From Takakia lepidozioides (taxonomy: Eukaryota > Plantae > Bryophyta), in contig CM060734.1 of NCBI GenBank assembly GCA_030704615.1, forward strand, positions 17,732,001 to 17,796,000: a stretch of DNA of 64,000 bases, given 5' to 3'. The notes under the pieces are model-generated. The model was not told the DNA's origin. It did no database searches and worked only from the letters and a program-made list of their open reading frames with translations. Below are positions 35,614-46,190 of the stretch, piece by piece. Within the stretch, counting starts at the first letter, position 1, and the number at the start of each line of letters is the position of its first letter. The translations under genes and the position numbers were made by a program.

Positions 35614-38600
35614 ATGTCAGAGGTGGAGGCGAAGACGGGGAGAGGGCACGAGGTGCTTCCGCCGGTGATTGACGAAGTTGAGGACGACGAGATGGACCTT
35701 TCTGACCAGGATGACATCCTCCCGGAGATCCCCAGGCCCCAAACCCGGAGCATACAGGCTGGATTTGGTGGTCCTGGTGGGCTGCTGGAGAACCCCCCTG
35801 CAGCAGACGTCATGTCGGAGGCGGATATGAAGTTGGCTGCTGCCAAGATGTTGGAGGCAACCCACAACAACATTGGCAAGGTCCTGGGGGGCATGGTGTA
35901 CCTGGCAAAGCTTTGGATTCCTCTCTGTCGCTTGTAGGTGGTGAGACTTGCACTCCCAGGCGATATCGACAAGTTAAAATTCTCTTTTCGGGAGGGATAT
36001 CGAATGGGGTCTGCCGCGTTTTATGTTTCCATTGAGAACGACCACGGAGCTTCTTGTGCCCACACTTCCGATGAGGTGGACAAATGGGGTCCCCATTGGC
36101 AAAGGCGAAATGAGGAGTTTGAGAGATTGATTGCTACTGATCTTCTTTTCCACCACTTGTCCGGAAAGATGTTTTACGTGTGGGACGGCAATCATCGCCT
36201 CCTGGCATGGATGGAGTACATAGCCCAAGCCCACCCCAACGACCTGGATTGGCATTACGCCGCGGAGTGTGTTGTGCTGAAGGTTGCGGGGCCCAAAGAT
36301 TGCAGTCTTCTCAAAGCTGCAATGGCATCAACTCGTAAGTTACAATGCCTCTTGCTTTGGAGCTTTGAATTTGAAACACTCATTTCATTGCCAATCGTCA
36401 TATTTGTTGCAAATTCTCATTTCAGTATCGTTTAATGGAAATGTGGCATTGCAGGGTGACTGAGAATGCCTTCATTGCCACAACTTGTCCCACATGCTCT
36501 TCCGAGTGAAGGATGTCGGGAAGCAGGGGGTGCAAGAGTTTGCCAATTCGCTCGGTGCCGACCTACTGCGCAAGTCGGAGGCAAAGACAGACAGAACCTG
36601 GTATAGGCTGAGCATGGACACCATGGTGGACTACATATTTTGGGTACAGCTCCCAACTCTTTTGTTGACCTAATCTGTCTTTGCTCCCCCAATAGAAGAA
36701 AAAGTGTGGACCAGGATTTCTAATCTTATGTGCGCATTGTTGACAGACAAAAATTCAGCAGGATTTGGCACATGCGCGGAGGTTCTACATGGAGTCAGGA
36801 GAAAGAACTAACCCTCATGGCACTGGAATCGTATCTGAAAGCTGCGGAGGCGAAGGCTTGCATCAAGTACAAGTCGCGGATGGTGAAGTACGTGGCCATT
36901 GCTGATCCCGCCCTTGGTGCCGACTTTCTGGTGGAGGTGGGGAAGCACTACTCCCCCGCTCTTAAGCCCACAATGACACTGGAGAAGCTCCATCGTCTAG
37001 CCACAACCTGTGTCGATGCAATAGAGAAGGTTATACATTCTTAACCAAATTCTATTGTGGCAACAATTCGTTTTCGTGGTGTCTTGCGTTTACTAATATG
37101 CACGGTGGTTGGACAGACCCAGTGGCTCCAAATCTGGAATGGGTCCCAGAGTACAAGGGACATGTGGAGCTTCCCCAAACCCGACAAACTGTCTGACCCC
37201 ACATTCGACATGTGGATGAACCGCATGACATGGTGGTTTCAAGTACTTTCCCACGCTTCACTTGACGCTTCTACTCTTGTATTTGGTGGATTTCTTGTAT
37301 TTATTGAGGAATGCGGTTGATGGAGAATCTCCACAGGTGACGACAAATGTGTAAGAGCAGCTTGACACCCAAGCACATCAGTTCAAGCTGGAGATTTCAG
37401 GAGAAGCAGAGAGCCTACGCGACTATGTGACGAGGTACTTTCTGCTCTACAAAACCGACGTGTTCTTTCGAGAGATACCGCATGCCCGCCGGAGCCACGA
37501 ATTCACCGACCAGCCGAACGTGGACAAAGCGGCAATGCGCCTTCTGTACAGGTAAATATGCGGTGCTCCTCTTTGATCTGTGGCCATTGTAGTCCCTGGA
37601 GTTCGTGGATGTAAAACGGCTTGTGTGGGGCATGACAATTGGTTATCAAGAAATGGCTAAGTCCCTGGGGTGACTGCCCCCGAGACTGGGAAAATGGCGC
37701 CGAATTTCCAGTATTGGTGGAAGCCACCCCATGGACAAGCCATTTGGAAGGCCCGAATCTGGAAATTTGGCACCATTTTCCCAACTTGTGAGGGCCCAGA
37801 ATGGCTGTCCAATGAGGTGCTTGCCACGACACGGGAAAAATGGCGCCGAATTTGCAATTTAGGTGCCATCCACCCTGGGGACTTAGCCATTTCTTGCCCC
37901 CAGAACTCGAAATTCGGCGCCATTTTCTCCCAATTTGACCCAAAAATGGCTAAGTCCCATAAGGGGCTGGCCCCCAACCTGGAAAAATGGCGCCGAATTT
38001 CCAGTATCGGTGCCAGCCACCCCAGGGACTTGGCCATTTCCGGGGCCCAAAACTGGAAATTCGGCACCATTTTTCCAGGTTGGGTCCGAAAGTGCCTAAG
38101 TCCCAGAAGGGGTGGCCACCAACCTGGAAAAATGGCGCCGAATTTCCAGTATCGGTGCCAGCCACCCCCGGGACTAAGCCATTTTCGGGGAACGAAACTG
38201 GAAATTCGGTGCCATTTTTCCAGGCTGGATCCGAAAGTGGCTAAGTCCCAGAAAGGGCTGGGCCCCAACCTGGAAAAATGGCGCCGAATTTCCAGTATCG
38301 GTGCCAGCCACCCCCGGGACTTAGCCATTTTCGGGGCACGGAACTAGAAATTCGGTGCCATTTTTCCAGGCTGGGTCCGAAAGTGGCTAAGTCCCAGAAA
38401 GGGCTGGGCCCCAACCTGGAAAAATGGCGCCGAATTTCCAGTTTCGGTGCCAGCCACCCCAGGGACTTAGCCATTTCTGGGGCCCGAAAGTGGAAATTCG
38501 GCGCCATTTTTCTAGGTTGGGCCCCAAAACGGCTAAGTCCCAGAATGGGCTCCCTCGCCCTCGGGAAAAATGGCGCCAAATTACCACTTTCATTGCACGG

Positions 38601-41056
38601 CACCCCGGGGAGCCGGGACCATCGGGCCCACCCCGCATAGAAATTCGACGCCAATTTTGCAGTTTCTTGACGAAACATTAACCTCATTCCCGGGACCTGA
38701 TTCTCTGTGGGTTTCTTGAATGCAGGTACTGCAAGTTCTCCCTGTTGGAGAAAGGTCATGTGTCCTTCGAGCCGCCATTCTTCCTCGCATGGAGGAACCC
38801 TGGAGCTGACTCCATGTACACTGACGTTATCGTGAAGGAGTGGCATCTGGAGCATTTGCGCGACTGCCCTTGGTATGTGGACCTTCCGCCCGGAGGGCTC
38901 GACGCCTCCAAGTTTCAATTGAAGCTGGATGCTGAGGCCCGACGAAACTGGGCTTCGCTGCCTCCGCTGGGTCCAAAGGAGGCGAAAGCGCTTGCCAAGT
39001 CTAGGAAAGCGGCAGAGCTTGCTTAGGCAGGTATTCAGGAGAAGTTGAATGAGAAGAATAAAGGACAAAAGAAAAGGACACGGTAACATGGGACTGCAGT
39101 AACCCCCAAAAAACAGAAAACCATCGGGGCACGAGAGGAGGCGCAGGAGGGGCCCGAAGGGAGTGACTCTGACGACGACTTTGTGCAAGGTCCTGCGATT
39201 GCTGCTGCTGCTACCAAGTCACCGGTAGTCCGGGTTCCCAAGTCAGTTCGGACTGGGACTAGCTCTGCCAAGAAGTTGGCATTTGAGTGCGAGCCTACAT
39301 GGCGGTATTCGGCGGTGTCATTTCCCCATAGGCCAAAGTTAGAACCCCCAACAATCATCCAATGTGTCAATGAGAGCTTCCTTGACGCTCTGACTGCCAG
39401 GGCAAAGAAGGTGGCACATAGCAAGTCTCTGGAGGAGCTGAAGGGGAAAGCGAAGAAGAGGGCTGCCGTTACAGAGCCTAAAGATACCCCTGGTTTGAAA
39501 GCCATGATGGAATTCTTCACGGCTGTGAGCATGGATTGTAAGAGCACTCGGGGGGGGGGGGGGGTTTGAGGTGGAGAGAGCCTGCGATATGATTCTCCTC
39601 GATATTCCAGATGGGGAGCTGCTCGAGGGCCTGGATGGTGTGCCCACCTGGAACAAGTTTACTAAGGACTACTGAAGAGCCGGGTTTGGGCTGGCGTGGA
39701 TGTATGGTCGTCCTTGCCACAAGAGGGAAGACCACAGAGAATGTTGTGGCAAGGTGGACACCAAAAAGTGCCACCCTGGTCCTCCTCAAAAAATGGTTCT
39801 GCATCAATACGCAGGGGTTGCGAACAGAGGGCCAGAGTGTAAGTTATCAATCTATTGCCTTCACTTCATATCGTGGTGTATCTAAACTAGACCTTGGAAT
39901 TGATCCCTCTTTTGTTGGATGTGCAGACATTGGTGTTTGAGGCATATTGTTTTGTGAAGAGACGGTCTATGTTCAAATTCCGCAACGACGGTCGTCTTGT
40001 TGATGCCGCTGTGGACCCTGTTACCTATGATGTCCTCTACAACTATGTGCCCCACTCCAGTATGCCAAAGGACACAAAGACGGGCAAACCGTGGCGGTAC
40101 AGCCGGACCGGAGCCCTGCTTTCATCCAAACCCTCATGGAGACGTGCTCCGATGTCCAAGGGCGGATTCTTGACCTCACATGCGGCACGGGTAAGCCTTC
40201 ATGTGCACAGTATGTCCCCTGGCCCGATTGCAATTGCAATTGCATGCTACTAACCGCCCGCTTTGTCCCTCAGGTGCTTCAATGTGGGCTGGGACGTTGT
40301 CCGATAGGCATGTCTTCGCCTTCGAGCCAGATACTGCCCTCCACAACTCGGAACTAGCAGCGGCTGAACGTCTGCCAAAAGAGGAAGAGGCATCCTTGGA
40401 GGATGAGGAAGAATCCGAGAAGGAGCAGGGGGAGGTACAAGTTGGGATCGAGGCCGAGGAGCCCCCGGTTTACAAGCGAGTGGTCGCATTGTAAGTTGCC
40501 TCCTGATTTTGTGAGGCACCTCCCTTCGCTCTCTTATTTCATTGAAAGACCCTTTCTGCTTCTGCTGGTATTGACATTCTTGAAGTGGATTTGTTCTTAC
40601 TGTAGGATGCCAAGTACTGCAGGAGGGACGTCTACACCGCAGTTCATGGGCAGGAGGAACATGCTTTTTTTTGCCAGGGGGGATTTCATGCCGAGTCCAG
40701 AAAGGGACTACATCTTCCTACTTATGCTGCCCGGCTTGCTTCGGTGTCCATTAAGAGGTCTTCCAAACCTAGTCGTGTACATCAGATTTTAGACGAGGCA
40801 AGCCTCAAGAAAATGAAGATGAGGGAGGAGGCAGCAGCTATTAGAGCCCATCAGGCTCGTAGATTTGTCTTGGATTTTGCTGAGGAAAGTGGGGGAGAAG
40901 AGGCAGAAGATTCCCAAGAGGTGAGGTGGACAGTCCCCCAAGGAGAGGACGGAATTTTTTAGTGGAATTGATGCATCTCAGAGCTCGAAGGGTGGGGGGG
41001 ATGAGGGGGATGAGGAGGAAGGTGGGGCAAGTTCCTCGAAGGGTGTAGGAGAGTAG
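35614..41056 (+). pseudogene. Multi-exon ParB/Srx-like domain + beta-class N4C/N6A-type DNA methyltransferase gene, homologue B (inside the MULE)
   Basis: IPLCRL..VRLA..DIDKL..FREGY..FYVWDGNHRLLAW (DGNHR at 36184-36198); CDMILLDIPDG (DIPD at 39601-39612); PWR..RSPAFIQTLMETCS..GRILDLTCGTG then, after an intron, ASMWAG..RHVFAFEPD. About 8 GT-AG introns; stops and frameshifts. Confidence 0.82.
37657..38590. repeat. 146-bp tandem repeat (~6.5 units) in a ParB-MTase B intron
   Basis: tggcgcc at 37695, 37841, 37988, 38133, 38279, 38425 and 38571, with an inverted copy of the motif mid-unit. Confidence 0.92.
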
Positions 41057-41228
41057 TGCCCATTCCGGCTATGACAGTTATGACACACTTGTATAGATGT
41101 GGCTTGCCACAAAATTTGCAATAAAATGTTGCATTTCATTGCTATGACGAGTCCAGTGGTGCCACATTCCAGCTTCCAATGACCCTATTTCCGTGCCTCC
41201 TAACCCTACTTCCGTGGACACACAATTG

Positions 41229-41288
41229 TCCGCTCATGCTTTTATTTTTTCAGCTCATGCTCATGCCGCTCATGAAATAGCAGCCCCC
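41229..41288 (-). repeat. Right TIR
   Basis: tccgctcatg...gctcatgctcatgccgctcatgaaatagcagccccc. Confidence 0.85.
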
Positions 41289-42159
41289 GAGGCAAATGAA
41301 GAGGATAGAGAGATGGAGGGAACTTGTCTTCCATTGATTATGTTTGTTTATATCTGCTGAGAAGGATTGAAGTAAAGAAAGACGTAATAGTGTCAAAGGG
41401 AGGGGAGAGTGGGAGTATGTCTCTTTAAGTTTGTCCTGACTAAAAAGAGAGCTCAACAAGGAAGGAAAAGAGATGGGGGCAACATTGGGGCAAGTGCCGC
41501 TGGCCCCCTTTTGTTTGTGTTGGCTTTGGAGAGGTGCCATCTGGTTGTGGCCCCAAGGATGGGAATCCATTTTTGTTGTTGGTTGTTACATTTCCAGCTG
41601 TTCATGACTTTTGCACGGACGTCATCAATGGATGAGGGTTTTGACAATGAGGTATAGTTGCGGTCCCCTATCTTCTTGCACCCATTAATGGAATGCTGCT
41701 ATACTGCATATTTAATATGGTAAGTGGAGTACTCTGCTATAAAGTATTTACTGGCTAGTTTTACTTTCTTATGCGATGTATGAAGTGCTCTAATATGTTT
41801 TAGTCTTGGGGGAGAGGGTGGGAGGGAGGCCCACCTGCCGTATGATTTCTATAAAGCTTCAAGACATTTTTACATTGTAAATATCAAAACATGAGAAGTA
41901 TCACAGTTCTTGTCTTCCTTGATCAATTGGTCATGACCTGTTGTTGTCCTTGAAAGCTAGTGAAATCTCACACATGTTTTAGGGTTTATCCATTGTCATG
42001 TTAAGGCTTAGAAACATCCATAGCATTACGCAACTGGCAATAAGAAAGTGGGTAAGGTAACATGTGTTCACTAATTTGGGCACTCCTATGGTCTTATGCA
42101 GATACGTCTGAGCTTTTGCTGTGCGGGAAGTCATTTTTCAGCTGCGACCAGGGGCATAT

Positions 42160-42972
42160 AGACTGAATTATCTTAGGTTTCTTTGTCTACCAGACACTAC
42201 ATCTCTGTAGGTATACCAAATAGGACTATTACCTCTTAACGATACCTCTACATGAATATAGCCTGATTTATCTTGAGTTTCTTTGACTATCAGGCGTTAT
42301 ACCTCTGTAGGTATACTAAACAGGGCAACTACCTCATAACGATACCTCAACCTGCATATAGGCTGATTTGACCAAATTTCTTTGTAAATCAGACGCTATA
42401 TCTCTGGTAGTATACTAAACAGGGCTATTACCTCTTAACGATACCTCTACATGAATATATCCTGATTTATCTTGAGTTTTTTTTCTATCAGGTATACTAA
42501 ACAAGGCAACTACCTCATAACGATACCTCAACCTGCATATAGGCATATTTGACCAAATTTCTTTGTAAATCAGGCGCGACAACCAAGTTGTAGCCCAGTG
42601 GTAATGGGCACATACCACCTCAGAAGTGGTTGTGGGTTCAATCCACCCTTGGTGTCACAAAGGTGTCCACCTTCCTAGCGGAAGGCAGTAGCCCTTCGGG
42701 GTGAAGTGACTCCATAAGTTACGCTTCCTTCGGGAGGAGTCATACTTACTTTTTCTTCTTACTTTTTTTAAATCAGGCACTATACCTCTGGTGGTATACT
42801 AAATAGGGCTACCGTCTCATGATGATACCTCCACCTAAATATAGATTGATTTGGCCAACTTTTCTTGTAAAACGAAATACTATACCTCTGTAGATATATA
42901 CCAAACAGGGCTACAACCTAATGACAATTTTACCAAAGCTAACTAAGTTCCGTTGTAATCAAGCGCTATACC
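42160..42972 (+). repeat. ~100-bp degenerate tandem repeat; inverted copies at 56915-57190
   Basis: Unit contains tatacctctgtaggtatactaaacagggc..tacctc..acgatacctc. Confidence 0.8.
42578..42768 (+). mobile_element. tRNA-derived SINE with T-rich tail and 12-bp TSD
   Basis: A box tagcccagtgg (42591); B box gggttcaatcc (42634); TSD taaatcaggcgc (42566-42577) / taaatcaggcac (42769-42780). Confidence 0.8.
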
Positions 42973-43494
42973 GCTACACCTGCACAAAGGGCCTCCATTC
43001 AGTAGAGGTTGCCATGAAACTTGACTTGGGCATCAAAAAATAGACTCCTAACCTATCATGCCAAGTGATACCATTCATCATCATACCTATCATACCATTC
43101 ATCATCATGCCAAGTCTAAGGTTGTTGACCACTTGTGTGAGAAAAACAAATGTTACATGGAAGCAAAAAAATTCTACTTTGTGGTTGTACAGGCTACAGG
43201 AGTGTTCCATAACCTGGAGAGATAGACCTCTCGGTGGCTATGGAAGCTTTGCAGCAGTTGGAGAAACCATGACTCCAATCAACAGAACACAAGTTATCAG
43301 ATTTGAAACTCAAGCTACATGACATATAAGAGACAAGGGTGCAGCTATAAGTCCTGGTTGAATATTTGTGTCTCCATGAGTGTATGTTCAGATTTTTATT
43401 ACTGTATGCAAAATTCCTAAATTAAGGTTCTTGAAAATGAGGCAAATTGGTCATCATTGTCCCATATGTGGGGTAGACAAAGATTGTTGGAGAG

Positions 43495-44240
43495 AAAAAT
43501 TAAAGTGGCGTCAACGCCAGCTTAATTCCGAGCCCCTGTTGGCACATGACAATTCAACCTAAGGAAAAAAACCTTAGCGGTAAGCATGTGTGTGCAGGGG
43601 CTTGGGAATCAACGCCATCTTAATTCCCAGTAAGTTTTCAAAATATATATATATATCCGTTTTTTTTTTTTTTTTTTTTTTTCCTTCCCCGAATGTGCTA
43701 GATTAAGGTGTCGTCAACGACATCTTAATTCCCAGTACGAGTTGGCACATGACAATTCATGGAAAAACCAAAAACCCAAAAAATAATTCACCCAAAAAAT
43801 TTCAACCCAAAAAAATCTGATGGCAAACAGCCTTGGTGGTAAGGCGGTGTGTGTGCAGGTGCTGGGGATTAAGGTGTCGTCAACGACATCATAATTCCCA
43901 ACAAGTTTTCCAAAAAAAAAAAATCCATTTGTTTTTGTTTTCTTTTTCTTCCCCGAATGTGTCAGATTAAGGTGTCGTCAATGACATCTTAATACCCAGT
44001 ACGAGTGGGTACATGACAATTCATGGAAAAACCAAAAACCCCAAAAAAACTCATCCAAAAAATTTCAACCCAAAAAAATCTGATGGCGAACAGCCTTGGC
44101 GGTAAGGCGGTGTGTGTCCAAGTGCTGGGGAGGTGTCGTCAATGACATCTTAATTCCCAGCAAGTTTTTTTTTAAATTTAAAAAAAAAAACAAACAAAAA
44201 AACAAACAAAAAAACTTTCCCCGAATGTGCCAGATTAACC
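43495..44240. repeat. Tandem repeats built on the palindrome aaggtgtcgtcaacgacatctt
   Basis: Copies at ~43503, 43705, 43871, 43969 and 44131; higher-order unit ~265 bp. Confidence 0.8.
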
Positions 44241-45197
44241 CTCAAGTTCCCAAGCCTTTTTTTGACTTTTTACCAATTCTGGGTACCCAGCTGCAGTAAA
44301 TTACCCCTAGAATCCTACCAAAAATCATCCAGAGATTCCAGCCTTATAGCAGTGGGCCCACCTCATTTATGCATGACATACCAAAAAATGAGCCTAGTCC
44401 ACCGTGGAAATTGTGAGATTATAACATTGGCCCGGACCTCAAATATCAGGTCCCAAAGAAAAAGTGAGAAAGAAATTGGTTTGACCAAATCAAAACCTAG
44501 CTTTATCCAATTTTGCTTGCCCCAAGACCCACCATTTCCAAATCAATAGCGGAGTGGCTATGACCCCACTAAATTGCAGGTCCAATTGATTTTTTCACTT
44601 ATGGTTGCTTTGCTTGCAATTACATAAGGGTTGAAATCTCAAAATTGACAAGAGAAAATGTGCCTCCAAATGAAATTCTTTTTTTTCTACAAATTTTTTA
44701 AAAGCCAATGGTGGATGTGTGTATGTTATGCTCACATAACACAACGTGAAGTGTTTTTTCCAAAATTGCTAATTTTTTGCCAAAAATGGCCTTTGGAGTG
44801 CAATATGTTTTGGGCTTGTTTACCTACCACGTCAGCGGTCAACAAGTCCTTTTCAGGCCAAAAACGTAAATGAGAGATCTAAGATATTTTTTGTAGGTCG
44901 TAGCTTTTGTTTTTTCCTTAACTTTGTTTTCTACATCATACTCGAGACAAATCCCTTGTCATTAAAGCTTCAGGCAGGGTTGCACACGTCAGTGACGTCA
45001 CGTCGGACCTGACGCTGACGCGACCAACGTCACGTCAGTTTTGCCGAAAAATTAGTAAAACATGAGTTAGGTGAAAAATATGTCACGTAGGTGGACACGT
45101 TATATTCCAAACGACATCTTGGCAAGTGAATGAATTATTTTATAAATTACTCCATCCGCCAATAGTTGAGGTCATTTTAAAATCATTATTCTTAAAT

Positions 45198-45925
45198 TGG
45201 TGCGACCTCCAAATGGTGGTGGTCGTAGAATTTATCTTATTTTTTAATAGTTGCGACCACCAGCAGAGGGGTTGTCGCAGCATTTTTTGTTTTTTAAAAA
45301 TAGATGCGACCACCAGCGGGGTGGGTCGCATTTTTTTCTTTTCTTAAACAGTTGCAACCACCGCTACTGGTGGTCGCACAATTTTTTTTTTTTTTGTAAT
45401 AGGTGCGATCACCATCAGGGGGGTGGTCACAACATTTTTCTATTTTTAATATCTGCGACCACCAGCATGGGGGTGGTCGCATCATTTTTCTGTTTTTTTA
45501 ATAGGTGCGACCACCAGCAGGGAGGTGGTTACAGAATTTTTATTTTTTTTTGTTTTAAAAAATATTCTCTGTGACCACGAGCATGGGGGTGGTCGCAGCA
45601 TTTTTTTATTTTTTTTAATATGTGCGACCACGAGCATGAGGGTGGTCGCAGAAATTTTCTATTTGTTTAATAGGTACGACCACCAGCAGGGGGGTGGTCG
45701 CAATTTTTTTTTGTTTTTTTAATAGGTGCGACCACCAGCAGGAGGGTGGTCGCAGCAATTTTTTTTTTTTTAAGAAAAAAATAATCTCTGTGACCATGAC
45801 CATGGGGGTGGTCGCAGCATTTTTCTTTTTTTTAATAGGTGCGACCACCAGCATAAGGGTGGTCGCAGCAGAGTTTAAAAAAAAATAACATGCGACTTCC
45901 TCGTGCGACCTGGAGCGGTCGCAGC
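45198..45925. repeat. Left array of tgcgaccacc-N-ggtggtcgca palindromes flanking the hAT gene
   Basis: More than 12 copies spaced ~50 bp apart by T-tracts. Confidence 0.9.
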
Positions 45926-46190
45926 AATGGATCTGATTCGTCGAACGTGTGGGGCTTGAAGGCTGGAGGGTATAAGACCGGACCATTTGCTGTTGTGGCT
46001 TCCACCAAAGCCACTGCAGCAAATTGTCGAAAAACACAATATTACATGGTGCATTGATCCACTTGGATTGATGCCGTAGTGTTGGGCCATCGCATTCTGT
46101 TCTAACTTCTATTGCTCTTGACAAATCTACCAAGTACACTAGTGTTCTTCGTCCAACCTTAAGTCTGTGGTAAGGGTTTTGGGTGTGAGG

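Larger units (their letters stand above)
26137..41288. mobile_element. 15,152-bp Mutator-like element carrying a transposase and a ParB-MTase gene
   Basis: Ends gaggtta-GCTATTTCATGAGC and (reverse complement) gggggct-GCTATTTCATGAGC in the same register, with CATGAGC(GG) subrepeats. 9-bp TSD gatgcaaat (26128-26136) / gaggcaaat (41289-41297). Confidence 0.88.

Noticed and set aside
26378-38590. GGYRCC / GTYRAC degeneracy read as a restriction-like MTase recognition code
   Set aside because: The variants are equally explained by CpG deamination of GGCGCC / GTCGAC, so specificity cannot be inferred.
37503-39188. Several overlapping 150-315 aa ORFs
   Set aside because: Translations of the 146-bp intronic repeat or antisense to the ParB-MTase exon.
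42578-42660. tRNA gene
   Set aside because: A and B boxes are present, but there is no convincing cloverleaf, and the tail and TSD indicate a SINE. The same applies to ~49780-49850, where the TSD is unclear.
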